Under the pieces are notes generated by a model. That model had not been told where the DNA came from, did not search any database, and saw nothing but the letters and a program-made list of their open reading frames with translations. Position numbers and translations under genes: made by a program. Of a DNA stretch of 64,000 nt, positions 47,200 to 59,222 are shown piece after piece. Location of the stretch: positions 608,001 to 672,000 of the forward strand of contig CAXXUA010000004.1 of assembly GCA_963663765.2 (NCBI GenBank), read 5' to 3'. The first letter of the stretch is position 1. Each line of letters begins with the position of its first letter. Source of the DNA: Candidatus Poribacteria bacterium. Its GTDB lineage: Bacteria > Poribacteria > WGA-4E > WGA-3G.

Positions 47200-50100
47200 T
47201 TGTATTACAGCAATGAATTATTTCAATTATACTACCGAACGACAAGGAATAGGTACGTGTTAGATTATTTGCGAAAAACTGAATACTACCAAGATTTTGT
47301 TGAATTCATTAGGTCCGGAGAAAAACCCCCATCAATCCGGGGGTTAAGGAACGCCTCTACATCCTATTTCATAACAACCCTAATTAGAGATTTTCCAAAT
47401 AAGTCCTTCCTTGTCGTATTCCCCTCACATCGTGAAGCGGAACGAGCATTAGAAGAGGTACGAGCGTTTCACACACACAACGATGAACTCAACAGTGGTA
47501 AAAATACAATTCCAGATGACATTTTACATCTCTTTCCAGCATGGCAAAACACCTTGTTTGATGGAATTTCTCCAACGACACACATATCTGTAGGACGCAT
47601 GCACACTTTACACAGTCTAATCACAAATAGCAGAAGACAGACCTGTTTAGATTCCGCAGAGTCTTCGTCCCAAGACGTAGTTTTTACAACTGTTCGTGCT
47701 TTGTCCTACAAACTCACCCCGTTTGATACTCTCTCTTCCGCATGTCGTACATACAAGATTGGGGATGAAGTAGAGTACGACGATTTTATAGGATTTCTGC
47801 TGCGAAGTGGTTATAGAGAGACTGAATTGGTTGAAGTAAAAGGAGAATTCGCACATAGGGGTGATATTATAGATATATATCCACTAATTGCAGATGCTCC
47901 TGTAAGACTTGACTTTTTTGGTGATGAGCTTGATGAAATACGTGTTTTCGACCCGACTTCGCAAGTATCAGCATCAAAGACGATCTCTATAGACATTACA
48001 CCGATGTCAGAGGTTTGTCTTGCGGACATCTCATTTTCTCATTGGAAATCACGAACCGAACGACTGATGAAAAAACCTGGAAATTCCGCAGATTTAATAA
48101 ATACTGTTAGAGAAATAACAGTACGTTTAGAAAACTATCTTGCAGAAGCACAGTCCGGTAGTCGGTTTACAAAAGATGAAATTGATGGAATTGAATTATT
48201 TCTACCGATGTTATATCCGCATCCTGAAATGCTAACTGATTATTTACCAGATGAAACGATTGTCATCAATGTCGAACCCCATTGGCAAAATCGGGAAGTA
48301 GTACAGATGCGCGAACAACTACAAGATATATTTGATCAGAAAATCACTGAAGGGAAGTTAATACCAACGTTGGATGACCTATTGGTTGCAGATGAGGTGT
48401 TACAGTTGAGATTGGATAATTTTACACATATCTCCGTTACATTAGCAGCACCAGCGATTGATCCTGATATTCCAAATAATCTGTCAAATGATACCCATGA
48501 TAATGAAACCTTTGAATGTCATTTTGACATCAAACCACTTGGTCTGGGTAAAGGTAATTATCAGATGGTTATTGATCATATCAATAAATGGACAATGAAA
48601 CAGTACCTTGTGAATGTTTTTTGCGAGACTCCCCAACAAGCAAAACGTGTATTAGAAATGTTAATAGAGCGCGATCTACCACCTGAATATATTTCAGTTT
48701 CTGCCGGTTTTATCTCTGAAGGATTTCTAAGCGAGTCATTAAAACTCGTGATTATCTCAGAAAACGAGATTTTTGGTAATCGTCAGCGGCGCGTAGTATC
48801 TCGAAAACGTTACAATAGTGGAGCACCAATCCTCAGTCTGATTGACATGAAGGTGGGTGATCATGTTGTCCACGTTTCACACGGTATTGCAATCTATGAA
48901 GGCATTCGTCGTATGGATATAGATGGACAAGCTCAGGATTTTCTTATTCTCAAGTATAAGGAAGATGATAGGCTTTATGTTCCAACCTATCAGGTTGATC
49001 TTGTGCAAAAGTATGTTGGTAACAAAGATGAGTCATACGAACCGAGGATCGACTATCTTGGTGGGAAATCATGGCAAAACAGAAAACGTCGAGCGAAAGC
49101 TGCTGTAGAAGAGATGGCTGAGGAATTGTTAGAATTATATGCATCACGTCAAGCGAACGAAGGTTTTAGTTTTCCAAAAGAGGTGCCTTGGGAAAGTGAA
49201 TTTGAAGCACTCTTTCCGTTCACTGAAACGGATGACCAACTTCAAGCGATTGAAGATGTGAAAACAGATATGGAAACGGACAAACCGATGGATCGTCTTG
49301 TCTGTGGCGATGTCGGTTATGGTAAAACAGAGGTTGCATTACGAGCTGCGTTCAAAGCGGTCATGACAGAAAAACAGGTCGCACTCCTCGTTCCAACAAC
49401 TATCCTGGCTTTGCAACATTATGATACTTTTGAAAAACGGTTCAAACAGTTTCCACTTAATGTTGAGATGTTAAACCGCTTCCGTAGTCAAAAAGAGATA
49501 AAATCTGTAAAAGAACGACTCGCTGATGGCACCGTAGATATTGTCATAGGTACTCACACACTGCTATCAGATACCGTTACATTTAACAATCTCGGCCTAT
49601 TGATTGTAGATGAAGAACACCGTTTTGGTGTAAAACATAAAGAGAAAATCAAGCAGTTTAAAGAAACAGTTGATGTATTAACGTTAACTGCTACACCAAT
49701 TCCACGTACATTACACATGTCGCTTGTTGGGATAAGAGATTTCAGCATTATCAACACACCCCCAGCAAATAGACTACCGATTCAGACTTATGTGATGCCG
49801 TATAATACCAAAGTCATCAAGGATGCAATCATTAAAGAGATGTCACGTGATGGTCAAGCCTTCTTCGTTCACAACCGTGTGCAGAATATTTCTATGATAG
49901 CGAAAACCATTCAAGAACTTGTTCCTAATGCGCGCGTAGCGATTGCTCACGGTCAGATGCCTGAACGAGAATTAGAAAACGTTATGTTAGAGTTTGTCCG
50001 CCATAAACATGATATTTTGGTCTGTACAATGATTATTGAATCGGGGTTAGACATTCCAAATGTCAATACCATCATGATAAACCGTGCAGATGCCTTCGGT

Positions 50101-50850
50101 TTAGCACAATTGTATCAACTTAGGGGTCGCGTGGGTCGTGCAGATGAACAAGCGTATGGTTATCTATTCTATCCACAAGACAAACCAATTACCGAACGTG
50201 CGCAGAAACGTTTAAGAGTAATTGAAGAATTTACTGATCTTGGATCAGGATTCAAAATTGCACTAAGAGATTTAGAAATTCGAGGAGCTGGAAATATCCT
50301 CGGTTCACAGCAGCATGGACACATTACAAATGTTGGGTACGAACTCTACTGCAAATTGTTAGATGATGCTGTCCGAAAGTTAAAAGGGGAAAAAGTTGAA
50401 GAAGAAATTGAAACAAATATCAATTTACCAATTGAGGCTTTTTTACCTGATGACTATATCCCTGATAGTCGTCAGAAAATATCTATATATAAGAAAATAT
50501 CAGCACTAAAAACAGAAAAAGAAAAACAAACACTTACCAATGAACTGAAAGACCGATATGGTGATATACCTGCCCCAGTTGAGATGCTTCTGGAAATTGC
50601 ATCTATTAAGCAGTTATGTCAAAAACTTGGAATCACTGCAATTGTTGCAGGGGGCAGTAGGATCAAAGTAACATTTGATGAACACAAACCACGTATTGAT
50701 GTGGCTCAATTTATTGAGACAATCCACCAAAATCCGCAGCTTGAATTACGTCCTCCAGCACAACTTCTGGTGAGTGTAGATACCCTAAAAGGCAAGATGC
50801 TATTAACTGAATTACAACGAATTCTATCGATTTTTGTTGTATCTGATTGA
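47200..50850 (+). CDS. mfd: Transcription-repair coupling factor (true start possibly GTG ~47257)
   Basis: [65 protein letters not shown]. Confidence 0.98.
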   Translation: MYYSNELFQLYYRTTRNRYVLDYLRKTEYYQDFVEFIRSGEKPPSIRGLRNASTSYFITTLIRDFPNKSFLVVFPSHREAERALEEVRAFHTHNDELNSGKNTIPDDILHLFPAWQNTLFDGISPTTHISVGRMHTLHSLITNSRRQTCLDSAESSSQDVVFTTVRALSYKLTPFDTLSSACRTYKIGDEVEYDDFIGFLLRSGYRETELVEVKGEFAHRGDIIDIYPLIADAPVRLDFFGDELDEIRVFDPTSQVSASKTISIDITPMSEVCLADISFSHWKSRTERLMKKPGNSADLINTVREITVRLENYLAEAQSGSRFTKDEIDGIELFLPMLYPHPEMLTDYLPDETIVINVEPHWQNREVVQMREQLQDIFDQKITEGKLIPTLDDLLVADEVLQLRLDNFTHISVTLAAPAIDPDIPNNLSNDTHDNETFECHFDIKPLGLGKGNYQMVIDHINKWTMKQYLVNVFCETPQQAKRVLEMLIERDLPPEYISVSAGFISEGFLSESLKLVIISENEIFGNRQRRVVSRKRYNSGAPILSLIDMKVGDHVVHVSHGIAIYEGIRRMDIDGQAQDFLILKYKEDDRLYVPTYQVDLVQKYVGNKDESYEPRIDYLGGKSWQNRKRRAKAAVEEMAEELLELYASRQANEGFSFPKEVPWESEFEALFPFTETDDQLQAIEDVKTDMETDKPMDRLVCGDVGYGKTEVALRAAFKAVMTEKQVALLVPTTILALQHYDTFEKRFKQFPLNVEMLNRFRSQKEIKSVKERLADGTVDIVIGTHTLLSDTVTFNNLGLLIVDEEHRFGVKHKEKIKQFKETVDVLTLTATPIPRTLHMSLVGIRDFSIINTPPANRLPIQTYVMPYNTKVIKDAIIKEMSRDGQAFFVHNRVQNISMIAKTIQELVPNARVAIAHGQMPERELENVMLEFVRHKHDILVCTMIIESGLDIPNVNTIMINRADAFGLAQLYQLRGRVGRADEQAYGYLFYPQDKPITERAQKRLRVIEEFTDLGSGFKIALRDLEIRGAGNILGSQQHGHITNVGYELYCKLLDDAVRKLKGEKVEEEIETNINLPIEAFLPDDYIPDSRQKISIYKKISALKTEKEKQTLTNELKDRYGDIPAPVEMLLEIASIKQLCQKLGITAIVAGGSRIKVTFDEHKPRIDVAQFIETIHQNPQLELRPPAQLLVSVDTLKGKMLLTELQRILSIFVVSD

Positions 50851-50909
50851 TTATTATTACGGTTTAGATATTACATCAAACCGCTACATAAAATAAGGAG
50901 AATTTCGAA

Positions 50910-51884
50910 GTGAAAAAAACATTTATAGTCGTTGTTGCAGTTTTTGTAAGCTGCCTTCTCACTTGGTCTCTTGTGCGTTCCGATAATCATGAACCTTCCG
51001 TAGATGAGTCTGAGAAGAGTGATATTATTATTGCAGAGATGAAGTGGAACGGAGAATTGCACCAGATATCTCTTGCAGAACTGGATGCTGCAATTGCTGA
51101 ATTACCAACCTACCGCCAGCGAAACTATGCGAGTAAAGCAGGGAAAGCAGAATACTTAGAAATCTATATAGATGAAAAGTTAAAAATACTGCAGGCAAAA
51201 GAAGCAGGTTTTGATAAATTGCTGGAACATTTGAAAAGATTGGAAGAATATACACATCAACTTATGATAGAAAGGCTCACCGAAATGGAAGTTGATGAGA
51301 AGGTCACGTATACCGAAAAAGATCTGATGGCATACTATGAAGGACACAAGCAAGATTATATAGAAGCTGCCCAAGTTCGTGCAACTTGTATTACACTTGA
51401 AGATGAAGACCTTGCTAATGCAACCTTAGACCAAATAACTGAAGGAAAAGACATTGTAGAGTTAGCAAAAAAACTATCTGAGGAAGAAAAATTAGCCAAT
51501 GGGCCTGGCAGTGGTCAAGATGATCCGGGTAATACTTTCTTTTTCAACAAAAACGCATCTCCGACATGGTCGGAGTTCATAGATGCTGTATTTGAGATGG
51601 AAATTGGAGAAACAACAGAAACTGTCTTTGAAACCGATGTGCAAGAAACGACATATTATCTGATTTTCCGTAAAGAGGAAGCGAAGCCTGAACGACAGAA
51701 AGAATTTGAAGAAGCTAAATCTGATGTTGAACGTAAAGTTAAACGTGCAACGAAACGAGCGCGTATACTTGAATGGATAGATGAAATTACAAAACAAGCG
51801 AAACTGAAAACTTATCCTGAGAATATTCCAATTCCTGTTCAGCCAGAGACTGCTGATGAAGATGCCGGGAATCCAGATAAATAA
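50910..51884 (+). CDS. PpiC/PrsA-type foldase (parvulin PPIase)
   Basis: Signal peptide, SurA-N-like helices, QVRATCI, GKDIVELAKKLS, EFIDAVFEMEIGE. Confidence 0.8.
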   Translation: MKKTFIVVVAVFVSCLLTWSLVRSDNHEPSVDESEKSDIIIAEMKWNGELHQISLAELDAAIAELPTYRQRNYASKAGKAEYLEIYIDEKLKILQAKEAGFDKLLEHLKRLEEYTHQLMIERLTEMEVDEKVTYTEKDLMAYYEGHKQDYIEAAQVRATCITLEDEDLANATLDQITEGKDIVELAKKLSEEEKLANGPGSGQDDPGNTFFFNKNASPTWSEFIDAVFEMEIGETTETVFETDVQETTYYLIFRKEEAKPERQKEFEEAKSDVERKVKRATKRARILEWIDEITKQAKLKTYPENIPIPVQPETADEDAGNPDK

Positions 51885-51918
51885 CGTTACACTTTATACT
51901 ACTTAGGAGGTTAACTCA

Positions 51919-52893
51919 ATGTTGAAATATAGTATTATTCCAATCTTATTATTATTTGCGATACTCGCTACGCTGCCTTTCATATCAAGTTGTGCTGATA
52001 AGGCTATCAGTGCTGAAGGGACAGTCATTGCTGAATTTGAATGGGATGGAAAACAACGAATCACACTTGAAGAGATGATGCAAGAAATAAGCGAACTTCC
52101 AGACTATAAACAGCGACTGTATCAAGACCAGAAAGGTCTTGAAGAATACATGACGTTGATGGCTGAAAGTCGTTTGATTCTTTGTCTTGCAAAAGACATG
52201 AAACTGAATGAAGATCCCGAAATACTGAAAAAAGTTCAAGATTACCTTCTGGACTTGATGGTTGATAGGATTACAGAACAGGAAGTTGATGCGAAATTAA
52301 TTTTGACAGATAAAGACTATCTTGAATATTATGAAGCAAATAAAGCCGATTATATTCGTCCCGCACAAGTGAAACTGATGTGTATTACACTTCAGGACAA
52401 AGCGCGTGCAGATGAGGTATTTGCTGAGCTAAAAGCAGGTAAGGATATTGCTGTTGCAGCTCAAGAACTTTCTGATAGAGGAGAATTGATTGGACCAGGT
52501 GCAAATCCTGAATCACCTGGGGACACAGATTATATCAGTAGAAATTCATATCCTCCAGGAACAGAACCTTTTATGGATGCAGCTTTCAAAGCAGAAAGAG
52601 ATGTACTTCATCCATCAGTCGTTGAGGTAGAGGTGCAAGAAGAAAAATTCTATATGATGTTCATTAAAAAGGAAGCAAGAGACGAATATCAACGACCCTT
52701 TATCGAAGAAGCTGTCAGAAAAAGCGTAATTAGAAAGGCTGAACGCGAAAAACGTGATGCACTAATGACGGCATGGCTTTTACAACTGCGGGAACGCGCT
52801 GAAGTAAAAACCTTCATAGACCGTATTCCAGAGGACAAAGCACCAGAAGAAGAAGCTGTAACTCCTACGGAACAAACTATACCTGAGAAATAA
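51919..52893 (+). CDS. PpiC/PrsA-type foldase lipoprotein (paralogue)
   Basis: Lipobox ISSC; QVKLMCI, GKDIAVAAQELSD, PFMDAAF. Confidence 0.8.
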   Translation: MLKYSIIPILLLFAILATLPFISSCADKAISAEGTVIAEFEWDGKQRITLEEMMQEISELPDYKQRLYQDQKGLEEYMTLMAESRLILCLAKDMKLNEDPEILKKVQDYLLDLMVDRITEQEVDAKLILTDKDYLEYYEANKADYIRPAQVKLMCITLQDKARADEVFAELKAGKDIAVAAQELSDRGELIGPGANPESPGDTDYISRNSYPPGTEPFMDAAFKAERDVLHPSVVEVEVQEEKFYMMFIKKEARDEYQRPFIEEAVRKSVIRKAEREKRDALMTAWLLQLRERAEVKTFIDRIPEDKAPEEEAVTPTEQTIPEK

Positions 52894-52957
52894 ACGTTCA
52901 GTGTATAAAATGAATTCCCTTAGTAGAATCTAAGATTAATTGGACAAAGATTACTTG

Positions 52958-53015
52958 TAGGAGTGAACTCCAATTCCCGATGTTTCCTATGTCTTGATTC
53001 GGAGTATCACTCCTA
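52958..53015. repeat. REPIN of the RAYT-associated family inside a family-3-like MITE
   Basis: GTAGGAGTGAACTCCAATTCCCGA...TCGGAGTATCACTCCTAC; preceded by TAGTAGAATCTAAGATTAATTGGACA. Confidence 0.75.
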
Positions 53016-53079
53016 CATGCAAAGCGATAAAATAGTAAAATTCACTATTATTAGACATTTCTAAGAGTGGAGGTGCCAC

Positions 53080-54429
53080 ATGAAGCTTAAAACAGGAACA
53101 TTTCTTCTGCTAATTGCACTTGTTATCTGCAGCTTTGTAGTATCAAGTGATGCTCGGATTTTTGATAGAATTATCGCTTATGTGAACGATGAAGTCATCA
53201 CGAAACGCAAACTTGATTTGTTAGTAAAACAGCAAGCATTTGAACTTCAGCAGATTTATCGTTACAGTGAAAGTGAGGCACTTAATGAAGCAGAAAAGCA
53301 GCGTGGTGAACTTCTTGATAGACTCATTCGACAAATGTTACTCTTAGAAGCAGCATTGACTTTAAAGGTTCAGGTAACTGATGTTGATATTGAAGAACAG
53401 ATACAAAAGTCAAAATCGCAATATCAAATTTCGTCAGATGAAGAGTTTAAGAAATTGTTGAATCGTGATGGACTAACAATGATTGCTTTTCGTGAACTGA
53501 TAGAACGAAATCTGAAGACCGAAAAACTCGTGATGGGTCGAATCTTACCTCGATTACAAGTACGCGACAGTGATGTGCAGAAGTTTTTTGAAGAAAATAG
53601 AGACCAACTTCCAACTAAAGCTGATAGAGTTCATTTGCGTCAAATATTCATCGCTTACAAACCGAGTGATGCAGACAAGAAGGCTGCAAACGAGACAGTA
53701 AATCAAGCTATTGAAGAGATTCGCAGTGACATAACAAAATTTGAGGAGATCGCACAACGTATTTCCTCAGAACAAAATACTGGTTCACGAGTTGGTATGC
53801 TGATAGAGACTACACCAGCAGAAATACTTACATTACCAGATGCATTTCTTACCGTTCTTGCCAAACTCAAAGCGGGTGAAATCAGTGATTTGATTGAAAC
53901 AGTTGATGGGTTTCATGTGTTTTTGGTAGAAACTCGTACTGATGAAAAAGTTACCTTTAGACATCTAACTGTTCCGTTCAAATTTAGCGATCAAGCAAAG
54001 CAAATCGCTATTGATAAAGCAGCAGAGATTTACAAGAAACTGGATGATGGTATACCGTTTATTGATCTTGCTAAAGAAGTTTCCGATGATGAAAAAACTC
54101 GTGGGAAAGGTGGCGACCTTGGCACCCATATCCTCACAGAGTTAAATCCAAAAACTCGTGATGCTGTCAATAGTGTTGAAGAAGGTAAGTATAGTAATCC
54201 AATTGATACTGATACTGGTATTTTCATCTTCAAGGTTGCTGAACGCTTAACTCCAGAATTAACACCACAAGAAAAACAGCAAATAATCGGTATCCTACGT
54301 CAACAACTATTTGAAAAAGAGTGGACTTCATACACCGACTCACTCATGGAAAATGCATATATTAAAATTAAGTCTGATGCAACACCTACAGTCGCAACAC
54401 CTAAGTCAGATAACATCAAAACACCGTAG
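53080..54429 (+). CDS. surA: SurA-like chaperone (SurA N domain + two parvulin domains)
   Basis: DRIIAYVNDEVIT, VHLRQIFI, FEEIAQRIS, FIDLAKEVSDD...GGDLG. Confidence 0.85.
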   Translation: MKLKTGTFLLLIALVICSFVVSSDARIFDRIIAYVNDEVITKRKLDLLVKQQAFELQQIYRYSESEALNEAEKQRGELLDRLIRQMLLLEAALTLKVQVTDVDIEEQIQKSKSQYQISSDEEFKKLLNRDGLTMIAFRELIERNLKTEKLVMGRILPRLQVRDSDVQKFFEENRDQLPTKADRVHLRQIFIAYKPSDADKKAANETVNQAIEEIRSDITKFEEIAQRISSEQNTGSRVGMLIETTPAEILTLPDAFLTVLAKLKAGEISDLIETVDGFHVFLVETRTDEKVTFRHLTVPFKFSDQAKQIAIDKAAEIYKKLDDGIPFIDLAKEVSDDEKTRGKGGDLGTHILTELNPKTRDAVNSVEEGKYSNPIDTDTGIFIFKVAERLTPELTPQEKQQIIGILRQQLFEKEWTSYTDSLMENAYIKIKSDATPTVATPKSDNIKTP

Positions 54430-54535
54430 TTGAGTAAGAATTCTGTGCAAAAAAAACGAAGATAACCCTCCAATCTATAACATGACCCCCGCTGCAGCAA
54501 GTTTATTTACAAATTTAATTCCTATAGCCATTCAC

Positions 54536-57500
54536 ATGAAGAATTTACGAGGTGTCTGTAGGTATGCATGTTTACAACAACTTGCTGTAGTACTTACTTG
54601 CATATTTCTCGCTCTTATCCCGCTTCATGCACAAGAATCGGAACCAAACGAACCGATCCCTGCACCAGACACATCAGAAAATTCAAACGCAACTTCTGAT
54701 CAGAAAAAGACCGAACCACCAACAACAAAAAAATCGTCATTAAATCCTGAAACTATGACCCCAGAAACTGATACAGTAATCGGTGATGGTGACGAAGTGA
54801 TTTTACAGGATAATTTTGTACAGATACATGGGGATGCACTCATAAAGTATGATAATATTACTTTACGAGCAGACCACGTATGGGCAGATTTCAATGAAAA
54901 CCTGATGCGTGCATCTGGAAATGTCTACCTTAAAGTAGGGGAGGAGGAGACATATTCGGATGAGCTCGTGTTCAATCTTGAAACAAAGAAGGGAATTGCA
55001 CGAAATGGATTCACTTTCAGTGATCCATGGTACTTTGGTGGAAGTGAAGTCTTTAAAATAGAGGATAATAGATCTTATATTCGCAGTGGTACCCTTACAA
55101 CATGCTCCCTTAAGTATCCGCATTACCATTTCAGCGTGTCCCGAGTGATCGTCAAAATGAACCAAGAGATGATTGCAAAGAATATCGTTATGAAGATAGG
55201 CGGTGTCCCAATATTCTACTTCCCTGTGATTCGTCGTGATCTGCGTAAAGATAAAATAGCAAAGATAATTGTGCGGGTTGGAACGGATAGTTACCAAGGT
55301 CCAAATATTAGTATCATCCTTCCTGTTGCACGAGAGAAACGGTATGATGGTGCGTTATTATATGATAGGAGTGCACGTAGGGGACAAGGCTTCGGCACTG
55401 AAGGCAAATATAGGTTTAGTGATACACAATTTCAAGAAATTCATATTCCTATCCCACCAGATGCTACTCCTGCTCAGCGTACTAAATTGGAAGAGAAAGC
55501 AAAAGAGATATATGACAGGTTAGAAGGAAAATATGACCGGTTTTGGTTAAAACAAATATATCTGGAATATAAAATTTCCGATGATGATGCTGATAGAGCA
55601 AAGTCAGAAGCAGAAGAATTACTAAACCGGTTGAATGAAGAAGGTGCTGATTTTTCCCGAATTGCCCAGACTGATTCTGACCATGCTGAAACGCGTTACG
55701 ATGGTGGTGATATGGGTTTCCTTGCAAAGGGTGAGACTGATGAGGAGGGTAACCCAAAACTCCATCCAATCATAGAAGCAGCTGCGTTTGAACTTAAGGA
55801 AGGTGAATTGAGTGAGATACTAAAAACTGAAACTGCTTTCCACATTCTAAAGGCAGACCGTGTTATTGACATTTATGGTGAACGTGAGGTAAGACTTCTT
55901 CGTATTGATGTAGCGATTACCGCAAGTAATGAAACTCAACAAAACATTCGTGGAATTGCTAATACTATACATGTACGAGCTCTTGCTGGTGAAACTTTTG
56001 AAGAACTTGCTAATGAATTTCCTGAAGCTTCCTTATCTGAAATAAATGAAGGTAAAGGTTTACCCCTTAATGAGATGGAATCCGGTTGGCAGTTTTCTGT
56101 TAGAAGGATGACTCTACCTGGAGACATAACAGAACGACGTCCTGTTTTTTCTTCTAAGGGTGTTTATATCTTCCAGTTAATTAAAAAAGAGGAAACACCT
56201 ACCTTTGAAGAACTTGCTGAACAGTTTGAAGCGGAATGGGAAACATTTGAAGCAGAAGTGTTATCATCAACCAGTGATGAAAAAGAAAAAGATTCTTCTG
56301 ATGAAACCAAAGACGATTCTGGCGCAGATAATGCCACTAAGTCAGAAGAGAATAGTAGTAATGAGAGTGAATCGTTGACGAAACCAGCACCAACAGAGGA
56401 TATTCCTACAAAAGAGGAAAATGTTGAAGAGGGTGAGGAAGATATAGTAACGGATAAAGAAAATGTTGAGGTGGTTGGAGAAAACACAGAAGAAGAGGAA
56501 AAAATAAAAGTCTATAGAAAACACGGTTTCCGAGGACAATGGGAAGACCCAAGACAAGTTGCTTCAGAAGCAAATAATTTATACGCTGGCGAACACAGTC
56601 GAGTTCTTAATACTGATGATTCGTTTAGACTGATCAAAGTTGATAGGAAACGGAGCTATAACGGAGATTTATACCTCTACGGTTCAGATGAATATTCATT
56701 TAGTAGACAGGATGCATCCCGAATTGGAAGACGTTGGAATATGCGATTGGGACACAGACAATCCTTCTATACTCCATGGGACAGTCGCCAAGCAGGGAGA
56801 CGTCCAATTAGTTTCGTTGGAAGGACTGCATGGCGTGCAATTCACTATAAAGATGATTTGGGGTTACAGAATGAATCCTCATTAAATTCTTTTGGAATTT
56901 TGACATACGGCTCCGCATTATCCACCGCAAGCCATGAAGACGTTGACAAAGATGGTAATCTTACGTACTCAAAAGAAACAATTGGTGATATTTCAAGCAG
57001 GCTTGAAGTTCGTCATGTTCAAGATTTATCTGGACAGCCAAACACTGCCCTACAAAAACTACCCCAATTCACTTTGAATTTTTCACGCATGCGATTTAAC
57101 AGACTTCCTGTCTTCGAAACAATCAACAACGGGATGGTTGCAGTAGCAGATAAAATTAAAATTGATAAACCGATTTTATCGCTTCTTGCATTTCCTACCC
57201 TTGAAGACACCAGTTTTGATATGGATATTGAATTCGGAAACTTCTATAGGCAGACGTATCGTGGTAAACATGGGGAGGAGAATAACATTTTTCTTCAAAC
57301 CCTTAACTTAGGTTTTGACCTTCGTAAACAGGCAAGCATCTTTGTCACACCCATGCGGGAGATTAAGTTAAATGCAAATCTGAACACAAATGGGATTTGG
57401 CACGCAAAGGATCAAGACAATAATCGTAACATCATGCGCGGGATATATAGCATTCGCGCGCAAGCGACTAATACACTGTTTCGCATATATAATACAAGCT

Positions 57501-58333
57501 TTATACCAGTTGTTCGGAAGTTACGTCATGAAATGCAATCATCGCTAACATTTAGTTATCAACCCGCCATCGATAAGAATAACAATCTTTATCCTTTTGG
57601 ACCTAGTACCTATTTCTTTGAAAGAAAAAGGTTGACATACAATTTCAATACAAATATAGAAGTTAAGACGAGACGAAGCCAAAACGCCCACCGTATCTTC
57701 CATTTTGACACACGACTTACAGCAGATTTCACAGAATTTGAAGCATTATATAGACGTAAATATGAACCAATTGAAAGTGATTTCACAATTGTACCATTAC
57801 CAAGCCGAACGCTAAATATCACTGTCCGCCTCACGCATGACCCTAATCCACATCCAGAAGATGGGAAACAGTTCAAGATGGTTGGCGTGCGGACGAACGT
57901 TAGATACACACGTAGTGATTGGAATGTCAGTTTCGGAAACTCTTTCAGCAAACGACATACTTCCATTCAAGCCTCACGTTCTATGACAGCTAATGGTCGA
58001 TACAGTGTTAGCAAGGACCTTCAATTTGACTTTAGTCTAATATATTATCCAATTGAAAGACAATTTTACTCACAACGAATCAGTATGAACCGAAATTTGC
58101 ATGATTGGAATTTGCGCATATCATGGAGTAGGGTTGGAATCAAACGCGACCCACCGTTTGATAATGTACGTCAAGATTTTACATTCCAAGTTAACTTGAT
58201 CGGTGAACCAGCTGTATCTATGGGTGTTGGTTTTGACGCAACTACAGAAACTTGGGGTCTTCATACTTTACCTGCGGGTGTGCCATATAATGCGTTTGGT
58301 AGTGGCAATTCACTTGGTCGTTCCTTCTTCTAA
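54536..58333 (+). CDS. lptD: LptD-like outer-membrane protein with inserted parvulin PPIase domains
   Basis: OstA-type jellyroll (LRADHV..D, ASGNV, FNLETKKG), GTLTTCS, GGVPIFYFP, barrel strands, RNLHDW near the C-terminus; parvulin motifs within 55418-56656. Confidence 0.82.
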   Translation: MKNLRGVCRYACLQQLAVVLTCIFLALIPLHAQESEPNEPIPAPDTSENSNATSDQKKTEPPTTKKSSLNPETMTPETDTVIGDGDEVILQDNFVQIHGDALIKYDNITLRADHVWADFNENLMRASGNVYLKVGEEETYSDELVFNLETKKGIARNGFTFSDPWYFGGSEVFKIEDNRSYIRSGTLTTCSLKYPHYHFSVSRVIVKMNQEMIAKNIVMKIGGVPIFYFPVIRRDLRKDKIAKIIVRVGTDSYQGPNISIILPVAREKRYDGALLYDRSARRGQGFGTEGKYRFSDTQFQEIHIPIPPDATPAQRTKLEEKAKEIYDRLEGKYDRFWLKQIYLEYKISDDDADRAKSEAEELLNRLNEEGADFSRIAQTDSDHAETRYDGGDMGFLAKGETDEEGNPKLHPIIEAAAFELKEGELSEILKTETAFHILKADRVIDIYGEREVRLLRIDVAITASNETQQNIRGIANTIHVRALAGETFEELANEFPEASLSEINEGKGLPLNEMESGWQFSVRRMTLPGDITERRPVFSSKGVYIFQLIKKEETPTFEELAEQFEAEWETFEAEVLSSTSDEKEKDSSDETKDDSGADNATKSEENSSNESESLTKPAPTEDIPTKEENVEEGEEDIVTDKENVEVVGENTEEEEKIKVYRKHGFRGQWEDPRQVASEANNLYAGEHSRVLNTDDSFRLIKVDRKRSYNGDLYLYGSDEYSFSRQDASRIGRRWNMRLGHRQSFYTPWDSRQAGRRPISFVGRTAWRAIHYKDDLGLQNESSLNSFGILTYGSALSTASHEDVDKDGNLTYSKETIGDISSRLEVRHVQDLSGQPNTALQKLPQFTLNFSRMRFNRLPVFETINNGMVAVADKIKIDKPILSLLAFPTLEDTSFDMDIEFGNFYRQTYRGKHGEENNIFLQTLNLGFDLRKQASIFVTPMREIKLNANLNTNGIWHAKDQDNNRNIMRGIYSIRAQATNTLFRIYNTSFIPVVRKLRHEMQSSLTFSYQPAIDKNNNLYPFGPSTYFFERKRLTYNFNTNIEVKTRRSQNAHRIFHFDTRLTADFTEFEALYRRKYEPIESDFTIVPLPSRTLNITVRLTHDPNPHPEDGKQFKMVGVRTNVRYTRSDWNVSFGNSFSKRHTSIQASRSMTANGRYSVSKDLQFDFSLIYYPIERQFYSQRISMNRNLHDWNLRISWSRVGIKRDPPFDNVRQDFTFQVNLIGEPAVSMGVGFDATTETWGLHTLPAGVPYNAFGSGNSLGRSFF

Positions 58334-58336
58334 TAG

Positions 58337-59134
58337 ATGTTTACAAAGGATTTATCCATCGTGCAACTAAAAGACCGTATCTGCATTGTAACGGGTGGTA
58401 GTTCAGGTATCGGACGCGGTATCGCGCTTGAATTTGCACATGAAGGTGCGAAAGTAGTAATTGCAGATTTACAAGAATCTCCACTTCAAGGAAAATATCA
58501 CGAAACTAATGTCACAACCCCAACCGTCACAGAAATTGAGAAACATGGCACACAATGTATATTTATACAAACTGATGTTTCTGATGAATCTCAAATTGAA
58601 TATATGATTCTGCATACTGTGAAACAGTTCGGAGGGATAGATATTCTCGTAAATAATGCAGGTGTTCATATTCCCGGCGTTTCCCAAGATATATCTATTG
58701 CAGATTGGGACGAAGTAATTGGTGTAAATCTTCGCGGTGTATTCATGTCAACGAAACTTGCTATTCCATACTTGAAAGAGTCACGATATGGACGGATCAT
58801 CCAAATCGGATCTATTCACGCGTTTGGAGGTGGTGCTGGCCCCGCTTATGCATCTGCCAAAGCAGCTGTTGTCAATTTAGTAAAAGACACAGCATTAGAA
58901 GTAGGTAAGTATGGAGTTACTGTCAACGCAATCTGTCCTGGATATATTGAAACTGCTATACAAGACTACCTCACAACAGATCAAATTGAATCATCCTTAC
59001 AAAAGACACCTCTGCAGCGTTTAGGTCATCCCAGAGACATTGGACGCGCAGCGGTTTTCTTTGCGTCAGATGATGCGGAGTGGATTACTGGTACTTCTCT
59101 TATTGTTGATGGTGGAAGTAGTGCTAAATCATAG
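58337..59134 (+). CDS. SDR family oxidoreductase
   Basis: TGGSSGIG, NNAG, YASAK, VNAICPG, VDGG. Confidence 0.95.
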   Translation: MFTKDLSIVQLKDRICIVTGGSSGIGRGIALEFAHEGAKVVIADLQESPLQGKYHETNVTTPTVTEIEKHGTQCIFIQTDVSDESQIEYMILHTVKQFGGIDILVNNAGVHIPGVSQDISIADWDEVIGVNLRGVFMSTKLAIPYLKESRYGRIIQIGSIHAFGGGAGPAYASAKAAVVNLVKDTALEVGKYGVTVNAICPGYIETAIQDYLTTDQIESSLQKTPLQRLGHPRDIGRAAVFFASDDAEWITGTSLIVDGGSSAKS

Positions 59135-59222
59135 TTGGAACAACAATGTTCTTTCTTAAAGAAAAAATAACAAACTTGGGTTACACGACAGAAAATGTTG
59201 TAAACCTGTGTCAATATGCCAA

